The translations under genes and the position numbers were made by a program. A model generated the notes under the pieces. That model saw only the letters and a program-made list of their open reading frames with translations. It made no database searches and was not told the DNA's origin. Of a stretch of DNA of 35,249 nucleotides, positions 9,753 to 19,536 are shown in pieces (positions within the stretch are counted from its first letter, which is position 1; each line of letters begins with the position of its first letter). The stretch is from the sequence record SRR22947727_405; one strand, written 5' to 3'.

Positions 9753-11342
9753 ATGAGTGACAAGGAAATCTCCGAAAAGAATGCAGAGTTGATGAAAACT
9801 ATCGTCAGCCACTGCAAAGAATGCGGTTTCATCTTTCAATCGGCAGAGATCTACGGCGGGCTGAATGGTTGCTGGGACTACGGTCCGCTCGGCGCTGAGC
9901 TGAAGCGGAATCTGAAAGATTACTGGTGGCGGGTGAATGTCCAGGAGCGCGACGACATTTTGGGAATGGATGGTTCTATTTTGACCCACCGTTCGGTTCT
10001 TGAAGCTTCCGGTCACCTCGGCGGATTTTCCGATCCGATGTGTGATTGCCTGCTTTCCAATGCTCGTCTCCGCGCGGATCAGATCGAGCCACAATCAGGA
10101 ACCATTTATTGGTATACCGGCGCGACCCATGCCGAATCTGATTGGTCTACTGAGCGCGAATACGGCGTGTTGATTCAGGAAAGTCAGGATGAGAAAAAGG
10201 CCCGCAAAACGGCGCGGCTTTTCTTCTCCAAATTCCTCAGCGACAAGCAGATTTCACCGAAAAAACTCGAGCTTCAGGGCGAGCGCACCGAGGAGGTGAC
10301 TGACACCATCCGTTTCAACCCGGAGAACGGATCGCTGTTGACCGAAGCCCGTGATTTCAATCTGATGTTCAAAACCCAAATGGGTGCGTCTTCCGACGAA
10401 AATGACATCAATGCCGAGGCCTATCTCCGCCCCGAAACCGCGCAGTCCATTTTTGTGCAGTTCAAAAACGTTGTTGATACCAACCGCGTGAAATTGCCTT
10501 TCGGAATTGCTCAGATCGGAAAATCGTTCCGCAACGAAATCAACCCGCGTAACTTCACCTTCCGCTCGCGTGAGTTTGAGCAGATGGAAGTCGAATATTT
10601 TTGTCGCGCCGAAGACGGATCGCGCCTGACAGATGAATGGCTTGAGCTGCGTCTGAAATTCTACGAAGCGATCGGTGTTCCTCGCGAAAAACTTCACGTG
10701 ATCGACATTCCAGACGGCGAACGTGCTCACTACTCATCAAAGACCTACGACATCGAATACGAATTCCCATTTGGAATTCAGGAACTCGAAGGTGTGGCTT
10801 ATCGAACTGATCACGATCTGAAGGCTCACAAAGAGCACTCGAAAAAGCCGATTGATTACATCGATCAGGAAAATGGCGGTCAGAAATTGATTCCGCACGT
10901 GGTTGAGCCAAGTGCCGGTTGCGATCGCACGATCCTTGCGATGATTTGCGAAGCTTACGACGAAGAAACTATCACCGACGAGAAGGGCAAAGAAGCCGTT
11001 CGCAAAGTGATGCGCTTCGATCCGAAGATGGCGCCAATCAAAGTGGGTGTATTCCCGCTTCTGAAGAACAAACCAGAGCTCGTTGAAAAAGCGCGCGAGG
11101 TTCAGAAGCTGCTTGTGAAGCACATGAACGTTTTCTACGACGAGACCGCAGCAATCGGTCGTCGTTATCGTCGTCAGGATGAAATCGGAACGCCGTTTGG
11201 TGTGACGATCGATTTCGATACACTCGGCGACAGCGGTGATGAACTGAAAGACACCGTGACCCTTCGTGAACGTGATTCGATGGAGCAAACCCGGATGCCG
11301 ATTTCAGAATTGCTTCCGTTTTTGCTCGATAAGATTCACTAA
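9753..11342 (+). CDS. glyQS: Glycine--tRNA ligase, alpha2 (eukaryote-like) type
   Basis: EIYGG...DYGPLG, LRPETAQ, GKSFRNEI, FRSREFEQME, ELEGVAYRTD and VVEPSAG motifs, plus anticodon-binding IGRRYRRQDEIGTP. Confidence 0.97.
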   Translation: MSDKEISEKNAELMKTIVSHCKECGFIFQSAEIYGGLNGCWDYGPLGAELKRNLKDYWWRVNVQERDDILGMDGSILTHRSVLEASGHLGGFSDPMCDCLLSNARLRADQIEPQSGTIYWYTGATHAESDWSTEREYGVLIQESQDEKKARKTARLFFSKFLSDKQISPKKLELQGERTEEVTDTIRFNPENGSLLTEARDFNLMFKTQMGASSDENDINAEAYLRPETAQSIFVQFKNVVDTNRVKLPFGIAQIGKSFRNEINPRNFTFRSREFEQMEVEYFCRAEDGSRLTDEWLELRLKFYEAIGVPREKLHVIDIPDGERAHYSSKTYDIEYEFPFGIQELEGVAYRTDHDLKAHKEHSKKPIDYIDQENGGQKLIPHVVEPSAGCDRTILAMICEAYDEETITDEKGKEAVRKVMRFDPKMAPIKVGVFPLLKNKPELVEKAREVQKLLVKHMNVFYDETAAIGRRYRRQDEIGTPFGVTIDFDTLGDSGDELKDTVTLRERDSMEQTRMPISELLPFLLDKIH

Positions 11343-11358
11343 AACTTGCTGATCATTC

Positions 11359-11889
11359 ATGAATTTTAAAATCGCAGCTTGGCTTCTCGGTCTTGCTGCG
11401 ATTTTTCTTTTCGGCTGCGGAGAAAAGTCGGCGACAGCTTCACTAAAACGGGATGCGAAAGCCACGGTTGAATCGTGGCCCAGAACGCGCGGCGTGTTTT
11501 CACCGGAGGAATTGACTGCGATGGAAGGATTCGCCACTCCCTCAATGATCGACGCATGGCGACGGGCCGCTGATGTGCAAAAGCGTTACGGAATTGCCTT
11601 TGGCAAGAAATTGAACGCCGAACTCCAGAAACCGCCCTATCTCGGCGCATGGGATTATTTTTCGGGAACTTACCAAGGATTTACCTCTTACGAAATCGCC
11701 AGTGTTTCGGAAAAAAACGGACACGGGGATGTAGATGTCGATTTCAGCTGCATAAGGGGAAGCATCCTACGCCAACCTTACGAGCACTTTAAATTTTCGG
11801 GGAATCTTGATTTGAAATTAGAAGGTGAAGTCTGGAAACTAGATAACATCACGTGGCATGACGGCAGAAATATGCGGGATTTTTTGTAG
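11359..11889 (+). CDS. Hypothetical lipoprotein
   Basis: Signal peptide ending in a lipobox-like FLFG|C. 176 aa, no family recognised. Confidence 0.75.
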   Translation: MNFKIAAWLLGLAAIFLFGCGEKSATASLKRDAKATVESWPRTRGVFSPEELTAMEGFATPSMIDAWRRAADVQKRYGIAFGKKLNAELQKPPYLGAWDYFSGTYQGFTSYEIASVSEKNGHGDVDVDFSCIRGSILRQPYEHFKFSGNLDLKLEGEVWKLDNITWHDGRNMRDFL

Positions 11890-11985
11890 GAACACGTCAG
11901 AGTTTTAGAGATTGGATTGAAGAATGTAGATCCCAGTTCTGCGCCATTGCCAAAATGCTATAACTTCGCAACCATCAGGGAAGTC

Positions 11986-13296
11986 ATGAAAACGAAAAAC
12001 CGCCGTCATTTTCTTAAAACCGCTACCTCTGCGGCGATTGCTCCTCTCTTTCTGCCAAATCGAGCACGAGGCGCGAATGACAAAATTAATCTCGGCGTGG
12101 TCGGGTGTGGAGCGCAGGGCACGTCGAACTTGCTGAACTTTCTAAAACTTGATGACACCCGCGTTGTTGCCGTCTGCGATGTGGATAAATTTCATTACCG
12201 CGAGCACACCACGCGACACGGCAAAGCCTACGGTCTCGATCCTGCAAAATTAACCGTCGAGCAGCACTACGGAGGAAATTCCAAATGCGATACAACGTCT
12301 GATTTCCGTGAGATCTGTTCGCGCGACGATATCGACGCTGTTCTCGTGGCAACGCCTGATCACTGGCATGCCTTGGCCACGCTCGAAGCCGTGAGAAACG
12401 GCAAAGACGTTTACTGCGAAAAACCGGTGACGCACACCTTTGCTGAAGGTCAGGCCGTGGTTGCGGAAATCGCCAAACAGAAGGCAATTTTCCAAGTTGG
12501 ATCTCAGCAGCGTTCGGAAGCGAATTTTAGAAACGCGATCAACATCGTTCGAAACGGATTGATCGGCGCTGTGAAAAAAGTCGAAGTCGGTCTGCCCGGC
12601 GGCTATGGCGAAACCGTTTCCAGCACGGAGGCGGAGGAGCCGCCTAAACAGCTCGATTATGATTTTTGGTGCGGGCCAGCTCCCGTCATGCCTTACATGC
12701 GGGCGCGGCATCATCGCTGGTGGCGTGGTCATACCAATTATGGCGGAGGCACGTTGATGGACTGGATTGGCCATCACAACGACATCGCGCATTGGGGGCT
12801 TGGAATGGATGAGAGCGGGCCCATTTCGGTCGTCGCAGAAGGTTGGACTGAGTCGGCGCTCGATTGCTACGACACGCCATTGGATTACTCAATTCGCAGC
12901 GAGTACGCCGGTGGGATCGAAGTGGTGATCAGTCCGAAAAACACCATGGGAACCAAGTGGATTGGCGAAAACGGCTGGGTTTACGTGACTCGCGGCAAAC
13001 TCGAGGCCTCCAATCCCGCATGGCTGGCGAAAGGTTTTTCAGCCGGCGATTTCGAAGCCTACCAAAGCCCCGGACATCACAAAAATTTTGCCGAAAGTAT
13101 TCGAAGCCGGAAGCCCTGCATTTGCGCAGCCGAAACCGGGCATCGCTCAATCACTCCTGGACATCTCGGATACGTTTCGAACCAACTTGGACGAGCGCTG
13201 AAATGGGATGCCGCGAAGGAAACTGTGATCGGAGATGACGAAGCGCAAAAGCTTCTGACGACGGTCAATTATCGGGGCGATTGGAAGTTGGGGTGA
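11986..13296 (+). CDS. Gfo/Idh/MocA-family NAD(P)-dependent oxidoreductase with a Tat signal
   Basis: NRRHFLK twin-arginine motif, Rossmann GVVGCGAQG, ATPDHWH, YCEKP, QVGSQQRS and WCGPAP. Start set at ATG 11986. A possible extended -10 (TGcTATAAC) lies at 11956-11964. Confidence 0.93.
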   Translation: MKTKNRRHFLKTATSAAIAPLFLPNRARGANDKINLGVVGCGAQGTSNLLNFLKLDDTRVVAVCDVDKFHYREHTTRHGKAYGLDPAKLTVEQHYGGNSKCDTTSDFREICSRDDIDAVLVATPDHWHALATLEAVRNGKDVYCEKPVTHTFAEGQAVVAEIAKQKAIFQVGSQQRSEANFRNAINIVRNGLIGAVKKVEVGLPGGYGETVSSTEAEEPPKQLDYDFWCGPAPVMPYMRARHHRWWRGHTNYGGGTLMDWIGHHNDIAHWGLGMDESGPISVVAEGWTESALDCYDTPLDYSIRSEYAGGIEVVISPKNTMGTKWIGENGWVYVTRGKLEASNPAWLAKGFSAGDFEAYQSPGHHKNFAESIRSRKPCICAAETGHRSITPGHLGYVSNQLGRALKWDAAKETVIGDDEAQKLLTTVNYRGDWKLG

Positions 13297-13369
13297 TTTC
13301 GAAAACTTGCGTTTTACGACGTAATTTCCTTTGGCCGAGAAGTCAGTTGAAACGTAGACTTCGTTGGCA

Positions 13370-14211
13370 ATGTCCCCCTCCCCTCAGCTCTTTCGAACCC
13401 TAGCTCTTCTCATCGCGCTGAGCGCTGTGGGAATCAGCCATGCTCAGTTCGAAAAGTCGCCGGTCCTCGATGCGCAGACGATTCTTCGTCCGGAAATTCT
13501 ATCTGGAAAATCGTATCGAATTGCCGATGCGGTTGAGACCGTTGGGTTTCTCAATCGTTACTCAATTGAATTTGATTTTGGCAACCTCAGCGCCCTTGGA
13601 AACGAACAATTAATCCAACGCATCGGTGAGTTCGAAGCGATCGGGATGCTGCGGGAATACAAGCAGTCAGAAGAGTTTGGAAAAACGCTGGAGCAAACGC
13701 TGGAGCAAACGGTTCAACGGGCTCTGAACCTTGTTTTGAAACCCGGGAAGTCACTGGCGAACATTGGTTCAGGTGCGAGCAAAACAGTGATTCGCGCTCG
13801 CGAAACGATGCGACGTGGGTTGGAAAAAAGCGGGGCGGAAAAAAGCTGTTGATTGCGCGCGCCAGCGATGCCAAAAATGAAACCGACGTCAATTTCTTCG
13901 CGCGCACGTTTTCACTTTTGGCTCGCTACGAAGTTCAAGAGAAAACGAAATTTTCCAAACTGATACTCGTAAAGGGATTTCCCGCTGGAGTGACTGCAGG
14001 CAATAAACCGGTCATTCCCCTCGATATCGATTTGCTGGCATGGACGCCTCAGATCGCGGCTCAAATAACGAACTTTAGGGCGCCGCGCGGAACCGTTCTT
14101 TATCTCAGTGGACGCGCTACAAAGCTATCGAAGCAGCAAATTGCAGCAGCTGGACTTGTTCTACGCGAAGATTCAATTCCCGGCTTTTATCAGAAAAGTT
14201 GGAGGCCCTGA
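13370..14211 (+). pseudogene. Fragmented exported hypothetical protein (two overlapping out-of-frame pieces)
   Basis: An N-terminal piece with a signal peptide (to 13852) is followed by a second piece (13849-14211) lacking a good start. A 12-bp tandem duplication AAACGCTGGAGC lies at 13683-13706. Two separate small genes cannot be excluded. Confidence 0.5.
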
Positions 14212-14218
14212 TTCAGAT

Positions 14219-15484
14219 TTATCCACACGCTCGAAAGATCCCGGCCGCTTTATGCAGCGTTTCTTCCCACTCTTTTTGTGGCTCTGAATCAGCAACAATT
14301 CCTGCGCCAACGTGAAAATGGAGATCTCCGTTTTCGACGATCGCAGTGCGAATCGCAATGTTGAATCGGCTTTCGCCGTTAAATCCAAAAATCCCGATCG
14401 ATCCGGTGTAAAGGCCACGCGGCTCGGGTTCGAGTTCGGCAATGATTTCGCGAGCCCGTTTTTTGGGAGCCCCAGTGATCGAACCACCCGGATAACATTC
14501 GGCCAATGCATCAATGTGATCAATTTCAGGACGCAACTCGCCCGTCACGGTCGAGACGAGGTGAAAAACTTGCTCAAATCGCTCTAACTTCAACAAATCG
14601 GTCGCCTCGACGCTTCCAAATTCACAAATTTGGCCCAAATCATTGCGCTCGAGATCGGTGATCATTATTAACTCGGCAATTTCCTTCGGCGATGTGATCA
14701 GATCGTAAGCAGACTTTTCATCCATCTCCAAATCGCGAAATCGAGGACGAGTCCCTTTGATCGGACGAGTCTGAATTGCCGATCCGGACATCCGCAAAAA
14801 CTGCTCGGGCGAAGTCGATAAAATATGCCGACCGCTCATTTCCAGAAATGCTGAAAACGGTGCCGGCGAAGCCTCGCGCAGCCGTTCATATAGTCCGAAC
14901 CGATCCATCGAATCAGGAATATCAGTCCGAAACCGGTGCGATAAATTGACCTGATAAATGTCTCCTGCCGCAATGTATTCTTGAACCTTTTCGACAGCCG
15001 CACAAAAAGAATCCCGATCCATCGTTCCAGAAAAATCGAATCTGTTTTCCGAAAACTCCTCCATCTCGGCGAGACAATTAATCTCTTCGCTCAACGTTCC
15101 CAGCTCATGCCACGTCTCCCGTGAGTGATTAAAAACCAGCATTTCAGGGTAAACACCGAACTCAAATTTTCCGTCGTATTCCACCGCACCAATAAGACCA
15201 CCGCAGGGAAACCCGAAATCGGGAAACGAATCAGGAACGGCATGTTGCGCCAACACCCGTCGCAATTCAACGCGGTCAGCCTCGACAAAAATATCACCGG
15301 CAATTTTCTCTATCGGACACGCCGCCACAATCGAGATGGGCGAATCATTTCCCGAGGCCGTGGATGAGGAATCAAAAAACACCAATCCGGGCAAATGCCT
15401 AAGACCTCGCGCAACCATAGCCGGCGTTGCATCAAGATCGATCAGTTGCGGCGTCGAAGACGCGATTTTTGGTTCGGGAACCAT
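14219..15484 (-). CDS. pabB: Aminodeoxychorismate synthase component I
   Basis: Chorismate-binding domain: GDIYQVNLS, SPEQFL, PIKGT (Lys as in PabB; TrpE has PIAGT), MITDLERND, PGGSITGAPK, NIAIRT and GAGIVADS. Confidence 0.88.
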   Translation of the reverse strand: MVPEPKIASSTPQLIDLDATPAMVARGLRHLPGLVFFDSSSTASGNDSPISIVAACPIEKIAGDIFVEADRVELRRVLAQHAVPDSFPDFGFPCGGLIGAVEYDGKFEFGVYPEMLVFNHSRETWHELGTLSEEINCLAEMEEFSENRFDFSGTMDRDSFCAAVEKVQEYIAAGDIYQVNLSHRFRTDIPDSMDRFGLYERLREASPAPFSAFLEMSGRHILSTSPEQFLRMSGSAIQTRPIKGTRPRFRDLEMDEKSAYDLITSPKEIAELIMITDLERNDLGQICEFGSVEATDLLKLERFEQVFHLVSTVTGELRPEIDHIDALAECYPGGSITGAPKKRAREIIAELEPEPRGLYTGSIGIFGFNGESRFNIAIRTAIVENGDLHFHVGAGIVADSEPQKEWEETLHKAAGIFRACG

Positions 15485-15553
15485 TCGCCATTACTGTGTG
15501 TCCGAATTGCACTTCGTTCAAATTTTGAGTTGAAAAACTACCATTTCGAATTC

Positions 15554-15567
15554 TGTTATTTTGAACA
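15554..15567. promoter_or_regulatory. Putative LexA (SOS) box
   Basis: TGTTA-TTTT-GAACA is one mismatch from the Verrucomicrobia LexA motif TGTTC-N4-GAACA and directly abuts the dinB GTG start. Confidence 0.65.
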
Positions 15568-16647
15568 GTGAACCCTTCACCTGAAACTGCCACACGTAAA
15601 ATCATCCATGTCGATATGGACTGTTTTTACGCGGCGATTGAGCTTCGCGAACGTCCGGAACTTGTCGGCCAGCCGGTCGCAGTCGGCGGCAGCACCGGTC
15701 GAGGCGTGTTGACGACCTGCAATTACGAAGCGCGAAAGTTTGGCTGTCATTCGGCGATGCCGGTTTTCAAGGCGCTTCGCAAATGCCCGAACCTCGTGCT
15801 CTTACCCGTCCGGTCCGATTTATATCGGGAAGAAAGCCACCGCATTCGGGGAATTTTTCATAGCTTCACGGACCTCGTCGAGCCGCTTTCGCTAGATGAA
15901 GCCTACCTCGATGTTTCGCATCTCGATTCCGAAACTGCGACGATTGCGGCGGAGGTTCGCGATCGAATTCGTGAAGAAACCAAACTGACAGCATCTGCAG
16001 GAATCGCCCCGAACAAATTTCTCGCAAAGATCGCCAGCGACTGGGAAAAGCCGGACGGCCAATTTGAAGTTCTCGAATCGGAGATCGATGACTTTGTTTA
16101 TTCCCTTCCAGTCGAAAAAATCTGGGGTGTTGGGAAACGTACCGCAGAAAAAATTCACGCGATTGGCGCCAAAACCTGCGGGGATTTACAGAAGCTGACC
16201 CTCGTCGAGTTGGATCGTCGATTTGGAAAATTTGGCCACGAGCTGTATCGCCTTAGCCGCGGCATCGACGAGCGGCACGTGAATCCCAATCGGGAGCGAA
16301 AGTCGGTCAGCAACGAGCGAACCTATCGCGAAAACATCGAGTCAATCGAAGAAGGCAGCGAAAAGTTGCGTCCCCTGATTAATGAACTCCTCGACGATGT
16401 GGGCGGAAAACACAGCAATCGGCAGATTCGCGAAGGCGTCGTGAAACTAAAATTCGAAGACTTTTCGATCACGTCAGCGCAACGACCGATGGATAAAATC
16501 GAGCCTCACGTTTTCGAAGAACTCATTCAGGAAGCCTGGGTTCGCGGCGAAGGAAAATCGGTTCGCCTCATCGGCGCAGGAGTTCGTTTCGTTTCCGAGC
16601 AGAAAAAAGAGGCGACCGGTCCTCAACTCGAAATGTTTGACGTGTAA
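15568..16647 (+). CDS. dinB: DNA polymerase IV (Y-family)
   Basis: RKIIHVDMDCFYAAIE, NYEARKFG, SLDEAYLD, NKFLAKIASD.KPDG, the HhH GVGKRT and a little-finger RLIG motif. Confidence 0.97.
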   Translation: MNPSPETATRKIIHVDMDCFYAAIELRERPELVGQPVAVGGSTGRGVLTTCNYEARKFGCHSAMPVFKALRKCPNLVLLPVRSDLYREESHRIRGIFHSFTDLVEPLSLDEAYLDVSHLDSETATIAAEVRDRIREETKLTASAGIAPNKFLAKIASDWEKPDGQFEVLESEIDDFVYSLPVEKIWGVGKRTAEKIHAIGAKTCGDLQKLTLVELDRRFGKFGHELYRLSRGIDERHVNPNRERKSVSNERTYRENIESIEEGSEKLRPLINELLDDVGGKHSNRQIREGVVKLKFEDFSITSAQRPMDKIEPHVFEELIQEAWVRGEGKSVRLIGAGVRFVSEQKKEATGPQLEMFDV

Positions 16648-16692
16648 CGATCAAATAGGGTTGGTTCATCAATCATACCCTGCCAGATGGTT
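16646..16692. repeat. 47-bp palindrome copy 4, between convergent genes
   Basis: aacgatcaaatagggttggttcatcaatcataccctgccagatggtt overlaps both stop codons and supplies the last codons (PSGRV*) of the minus-strand gene. Confidence 0.75.
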
Positions 16693-17650
16693 CCAGAGTC
16701 GAGGGAGCAAAAATCTTTGCTCCCACCCACATCATCCAGAACGGGATGTTGACGAAGAAAATCAGGACGACCAATTCATGATTTAAGAAATCGAGATTCA
16801 TCACCGCGGCAATCGAGCGGTGCATTGCGATCAACGATATCCCAATGAGAAGAGCCCACTTCCGGCTGTGAAGCGCAGCGAGTGCTGCGAATTCCAGGAA
16901 AAAGCCCGTGCCAAACAGCGCCCGCGTCAACCATGTGTGATCAACCATCCACGCAGCAATTGGGTCAATGCCCGAAAAGGCGGGATCGAGAGAACGATAA
17001 AATTCCTGGGCCCTCGATTTTTGTTGATCAACGGCCATGTAACCCGTTTTCCACAACCACAGCCCTTTCGAATTGATCAGCTTACTGACGACTGAGGTCA
17101 CATACGTCGCGGCGATCATGCCTTTCGAATAATACACGACCCACCCCCGCAACATATCCGCAGAAAGGGGATTTTCTCTTTTCTGCCGGAACCACTTCGC
17201 GTAATTCACAACAACTGCCTGAGCCAAAATCGTCAGCGTGATCAGTTGAAATTTGTGCAAAATATAGCCCTGCGAATTTTGCAACGAATGTGGAAGCGTA
17301 AACACGAGAACCAATAACGGCAGAACGATCCACAACCCGCGTCCCACCACATAAAAAATCAGCAGCACTACCGTGACGGCCGCAAAAATGTCCCACAAGC
17401 CCGGATTGTTAAAAGGACTCTCCCACGGAAGATCATCACTAAGCCAGGTCAGGTCAACCAGGTTCGCCAGTCCGTTCGCATGCTTTTGCGTTTCCAGCGC
17501 AAATGGCCGGGCGTCCTCCAGCATGTATCCAATCACGCAGGCAAAACTTAGCCGCATAAAAAACCATTCCGACCGACCGACCGCTTCGGGACGGAAACCA
17601 GACCGGATCCAGTTTCGAAAAACTGATTTCAATTTAAGGACCACACTCAA
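16673..17650 (-). CDS. Polytopic membrane protein, HTTM-like
   Basis: About 7-8 hydrophobic helices. The 'YVTSVVSKL..S.GLW' and 'LEF...' / 'MH.SI...M...F' motifs recall HTTM (horizontally transferred transmembrane) domains. Confidence 0.7.
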   Translation of the reverse strand: MSVVLKLKSVFRNWIRSGFRPEAVGRSEWFFMRLSFACVIGYMLEDARPFALETQKHANGLANLVDLTWLSDDLPWESPFNNPGLWDIFAAVTVVLLIFYVVGRGLWIVLPLLVLVFTLPHSLQNSQGYILHKFQLITLTILAQAVVVNYAKWFRQKRENPLSADMLRGWVVYYSKGMIAATYVTSVVSKLINSKGLWLWKTGYMAVDQQKSRAQEFYRSLDPAFSGIDPIAAWMVDHTWLTRALFGTGFFLEFAALAALHSRKWALLIGISLIAMHRSIAAVMNLDFLNHELVVLIFFVNIPFWMMWVGAKIFAPSTLEPSGRV

Positions 17651-18138
17651 GGCGTTACCTCCGGAAGTTGTGCCATCAATTTCCTGTCTTCAACCAACTG
17701 GCCATCACGAACCAAAATCGTCATTTCGATAAGCTGGATCGGACCGGTCAACTCCCGTTTACGCCGCTTCATCGAAAGTGCGCGAACCGCCTCCAAAACA
17801 TACTCACCAGCCTCCCGGTTAATCTCATCAATAACATCAGAAGCATCCAAATCTCTCCCCGCTTTCTTCGCCGTATTTTCAAGCGGTGTCCGTTCGCGAT
17901 TGAGAGTTTTCGATACTTTTGAAGTGCTCAAACCCGTATGATACAATATTGGAAGCGGCTCTCCTTTCTCGTCAGTAATGTAAGCCAAGCGAACCGATTT
18001 CTTCGGATTCGAATACATCGAAAAATGTGAAAACGGATAATTTTCTTTAATGATCGAAGCGAGCACTATGAAAGCGAGCACCGGAAAAATCGGGTGCTTT
18101 CGAAGAATCTTAAAATGTTCTTTAAAACGTCCCATCAC
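17647..18138 (-). CDS. Hypothetical membrane-anchored protein, probable partner of the HTTM-like gene
   Basis: N-terminal TM followed by ENYPFSHFSMYS. Overlaps both neighbours by 4 bp, consistent with translational coupling. Confidence 0.75.
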   Translation of the reverse strand: MMGRFKEHFKILRKHPIFPVLAFIVLASIIKENYPFSHFSMYSNPKKSVRLAYITDEKGEPLPILYHTGLSTSKVSKTLNRERTPLENTAKKAGRDLDASDVIDEINREAGEYVLEAVRALSMKRRKRELTGPIQLIEMTILVRDGQLVEDRKLMAQLPEVTP

Positions 18139-19484
18139 CGCATTGGCAAAACTTCATTCTCCCACGCCATCATTTTTTGACGAAGCGCCCTTGCGTCATC
18201 CGGGCGTTTTTTTAGAATATCAACCGACTCTCCCGGATCGACTTTGAGATCAAACATCCATTCTTCAACGTGGCCACCTTCCATCTTACGAACCAGTTTC
18301 AGATTCGCATCACGAACAGCCCACCAGGTTCGATCTCCCCGCTTCGCCCGCCAATATAGGCTGCGTTGAAAGTCAGCAGCTCCTGATTCGACATGCTTGA
18401 GCAAATCAATTCCATCCAGTGGTTTGCCATCAGGGACTTCGGCACCGGCAATTCGCAGAAAGCTCGACGTCAAATCCATCAGCGATCCCACCTGCTCGCT
18501 AACGGTTCCCGGTTTTAAAACACCCGGCCAGCGAACCATCAGCGGGACCCGAATCCCTCCGTCGAAAAGGGTGCCTTTGTAATCGCGAAACGGCGTATTC
18601 AGGCCCGGCTTCATCGCTCCGTGATCACTGGCGAAAACGACTATCGTGTTTTCCGCCTGTCCGTTTTCTCGCAACGTCGCCAACACTTTTCCCACATCCC
18701 GATCCAAATCTTCCAGCATGGAGACATACGTCATTCGCGTTCCCTGAGTCCATTCTTCCGCACTTGGCAATGCAGGATCATCCTTCGGTCCTTGAAAAGG
18801 AAAATGCGGCGAAGCGTGAGGAAGATACAGAAAGAACGGTTCATCCGGCCGCTTTTTTGCCTGCTTGTTTAGAAATTTCACGGCATCTTCCGTGATCAGA
18901 TGCGTGGTATATCCTTCGCGATGGATCGGCTTACGCCCCTCTAAATAGACGTCCAAATCGGAGAGCTCAACGTGATCAAAATAATCCACATTGCCGCCGA
19001 GAAATCCGGTGAACTCATCAAACCCTTGATCCAGCGGAGAGAATTTATCCTCATAACCAAGATGCCATTTCCCAAAAACCGCGTTCCGATAACCTACCGA
19101 TTTTAAAGCCGGAGCCATTACCGCCAACCGTGATGGCAGACCCAACTCCGATTTTTCTGCCAGCGCGATCGCTTCGTCGTATCGCCCAACGTTTCCGGTT
19201 CCAATCGCGCATTCCATCCCGCCGGCCCGCTGCGGATACCGTCCCGTTAACAATGACGTTCGAGACGGGGTGCATTCCTGTCCCATCGCGTAGGCATTGG
19301 TGAATTTCACGCCGGATGCCGCCAAAGCATCAATGTTTGGAGTCTTTGCATCGGGAGCCCCGTAGCAACCCAAATCGGCATATCCCATGTCGTCCGCCAG
19401 AAAAAAGACGAGGTTCGGTTTCTCCGCCGCGAACGATCCGGCAGCGGCGACAATCAAGAACAAAATAGGTTTCAGGAAACTCAT
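18135..19484 (-). CDS. Formylglycine-dependent (Cys-type, S1) sulfatase
   Basis: Signal peptide, KPNLVFFLADDMG, CTPSR..LLTGR, GKWHLG, SDHG and KGTLFDGGIRVP. Start set at ATG 19484. Confidence 0.95.
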   Translation of the reverse strand: MSFLKPILFLIVAAAGSFAAEKPNLVFFLADDMGYADLGCYGAPDAKTPNIDALAASGVKFTNAYAMGQECTPSRTSLLTGRYPQRAGGMECAIGTGNVGRYDEAIALAEKSELGLPSRLAVMAPALKSVGYRNAVFGKWHLGYEDKFSPLDQGFDEFTGFLGGNVDYFDHVELSDLDVYLEGRKPIHREGYTTHLITEDAVKFLNKQAKKRPDEPFFLYLPHASPHFPFQGPKDDPALPSAEEWTQGTRMTYVSMLEDLDRDVGKVLATLRENGQAENTIVVFASDHGAMKPGLNTPFRDYKGTLFDGGIRVPLMVRWPGVLKPGTVSEQVGSLMDLTSSFLRIAGAEVPDGKPLDGIDLLKHVESGAADFQRSLYWRAKRGDRTWWAVRDANLKLVRKMEGGHVEEWMFDLKVDPGESVDILKKRPDDARALRQKMMAWENEVLPMR

Positions 19485-19536
19485 CGGACCTGAATCATAG
19501 CGCAGCATTTCAATTGCGAAAGGTTCGGGAAAGGAA

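Noticed and set aside
9348-9832. ORFs 9348-9545 (+) and 9458-9832 (-)
   Set aside because: They translate the repeat elements of the intergenic region and do not look protein-like.
15568-16647. DinB as the cause of the local nonsense mutations (mutator locus)
   Set aside because: DinB acts in trans and is widespread. Nothing in the sequence links it to these lesions.
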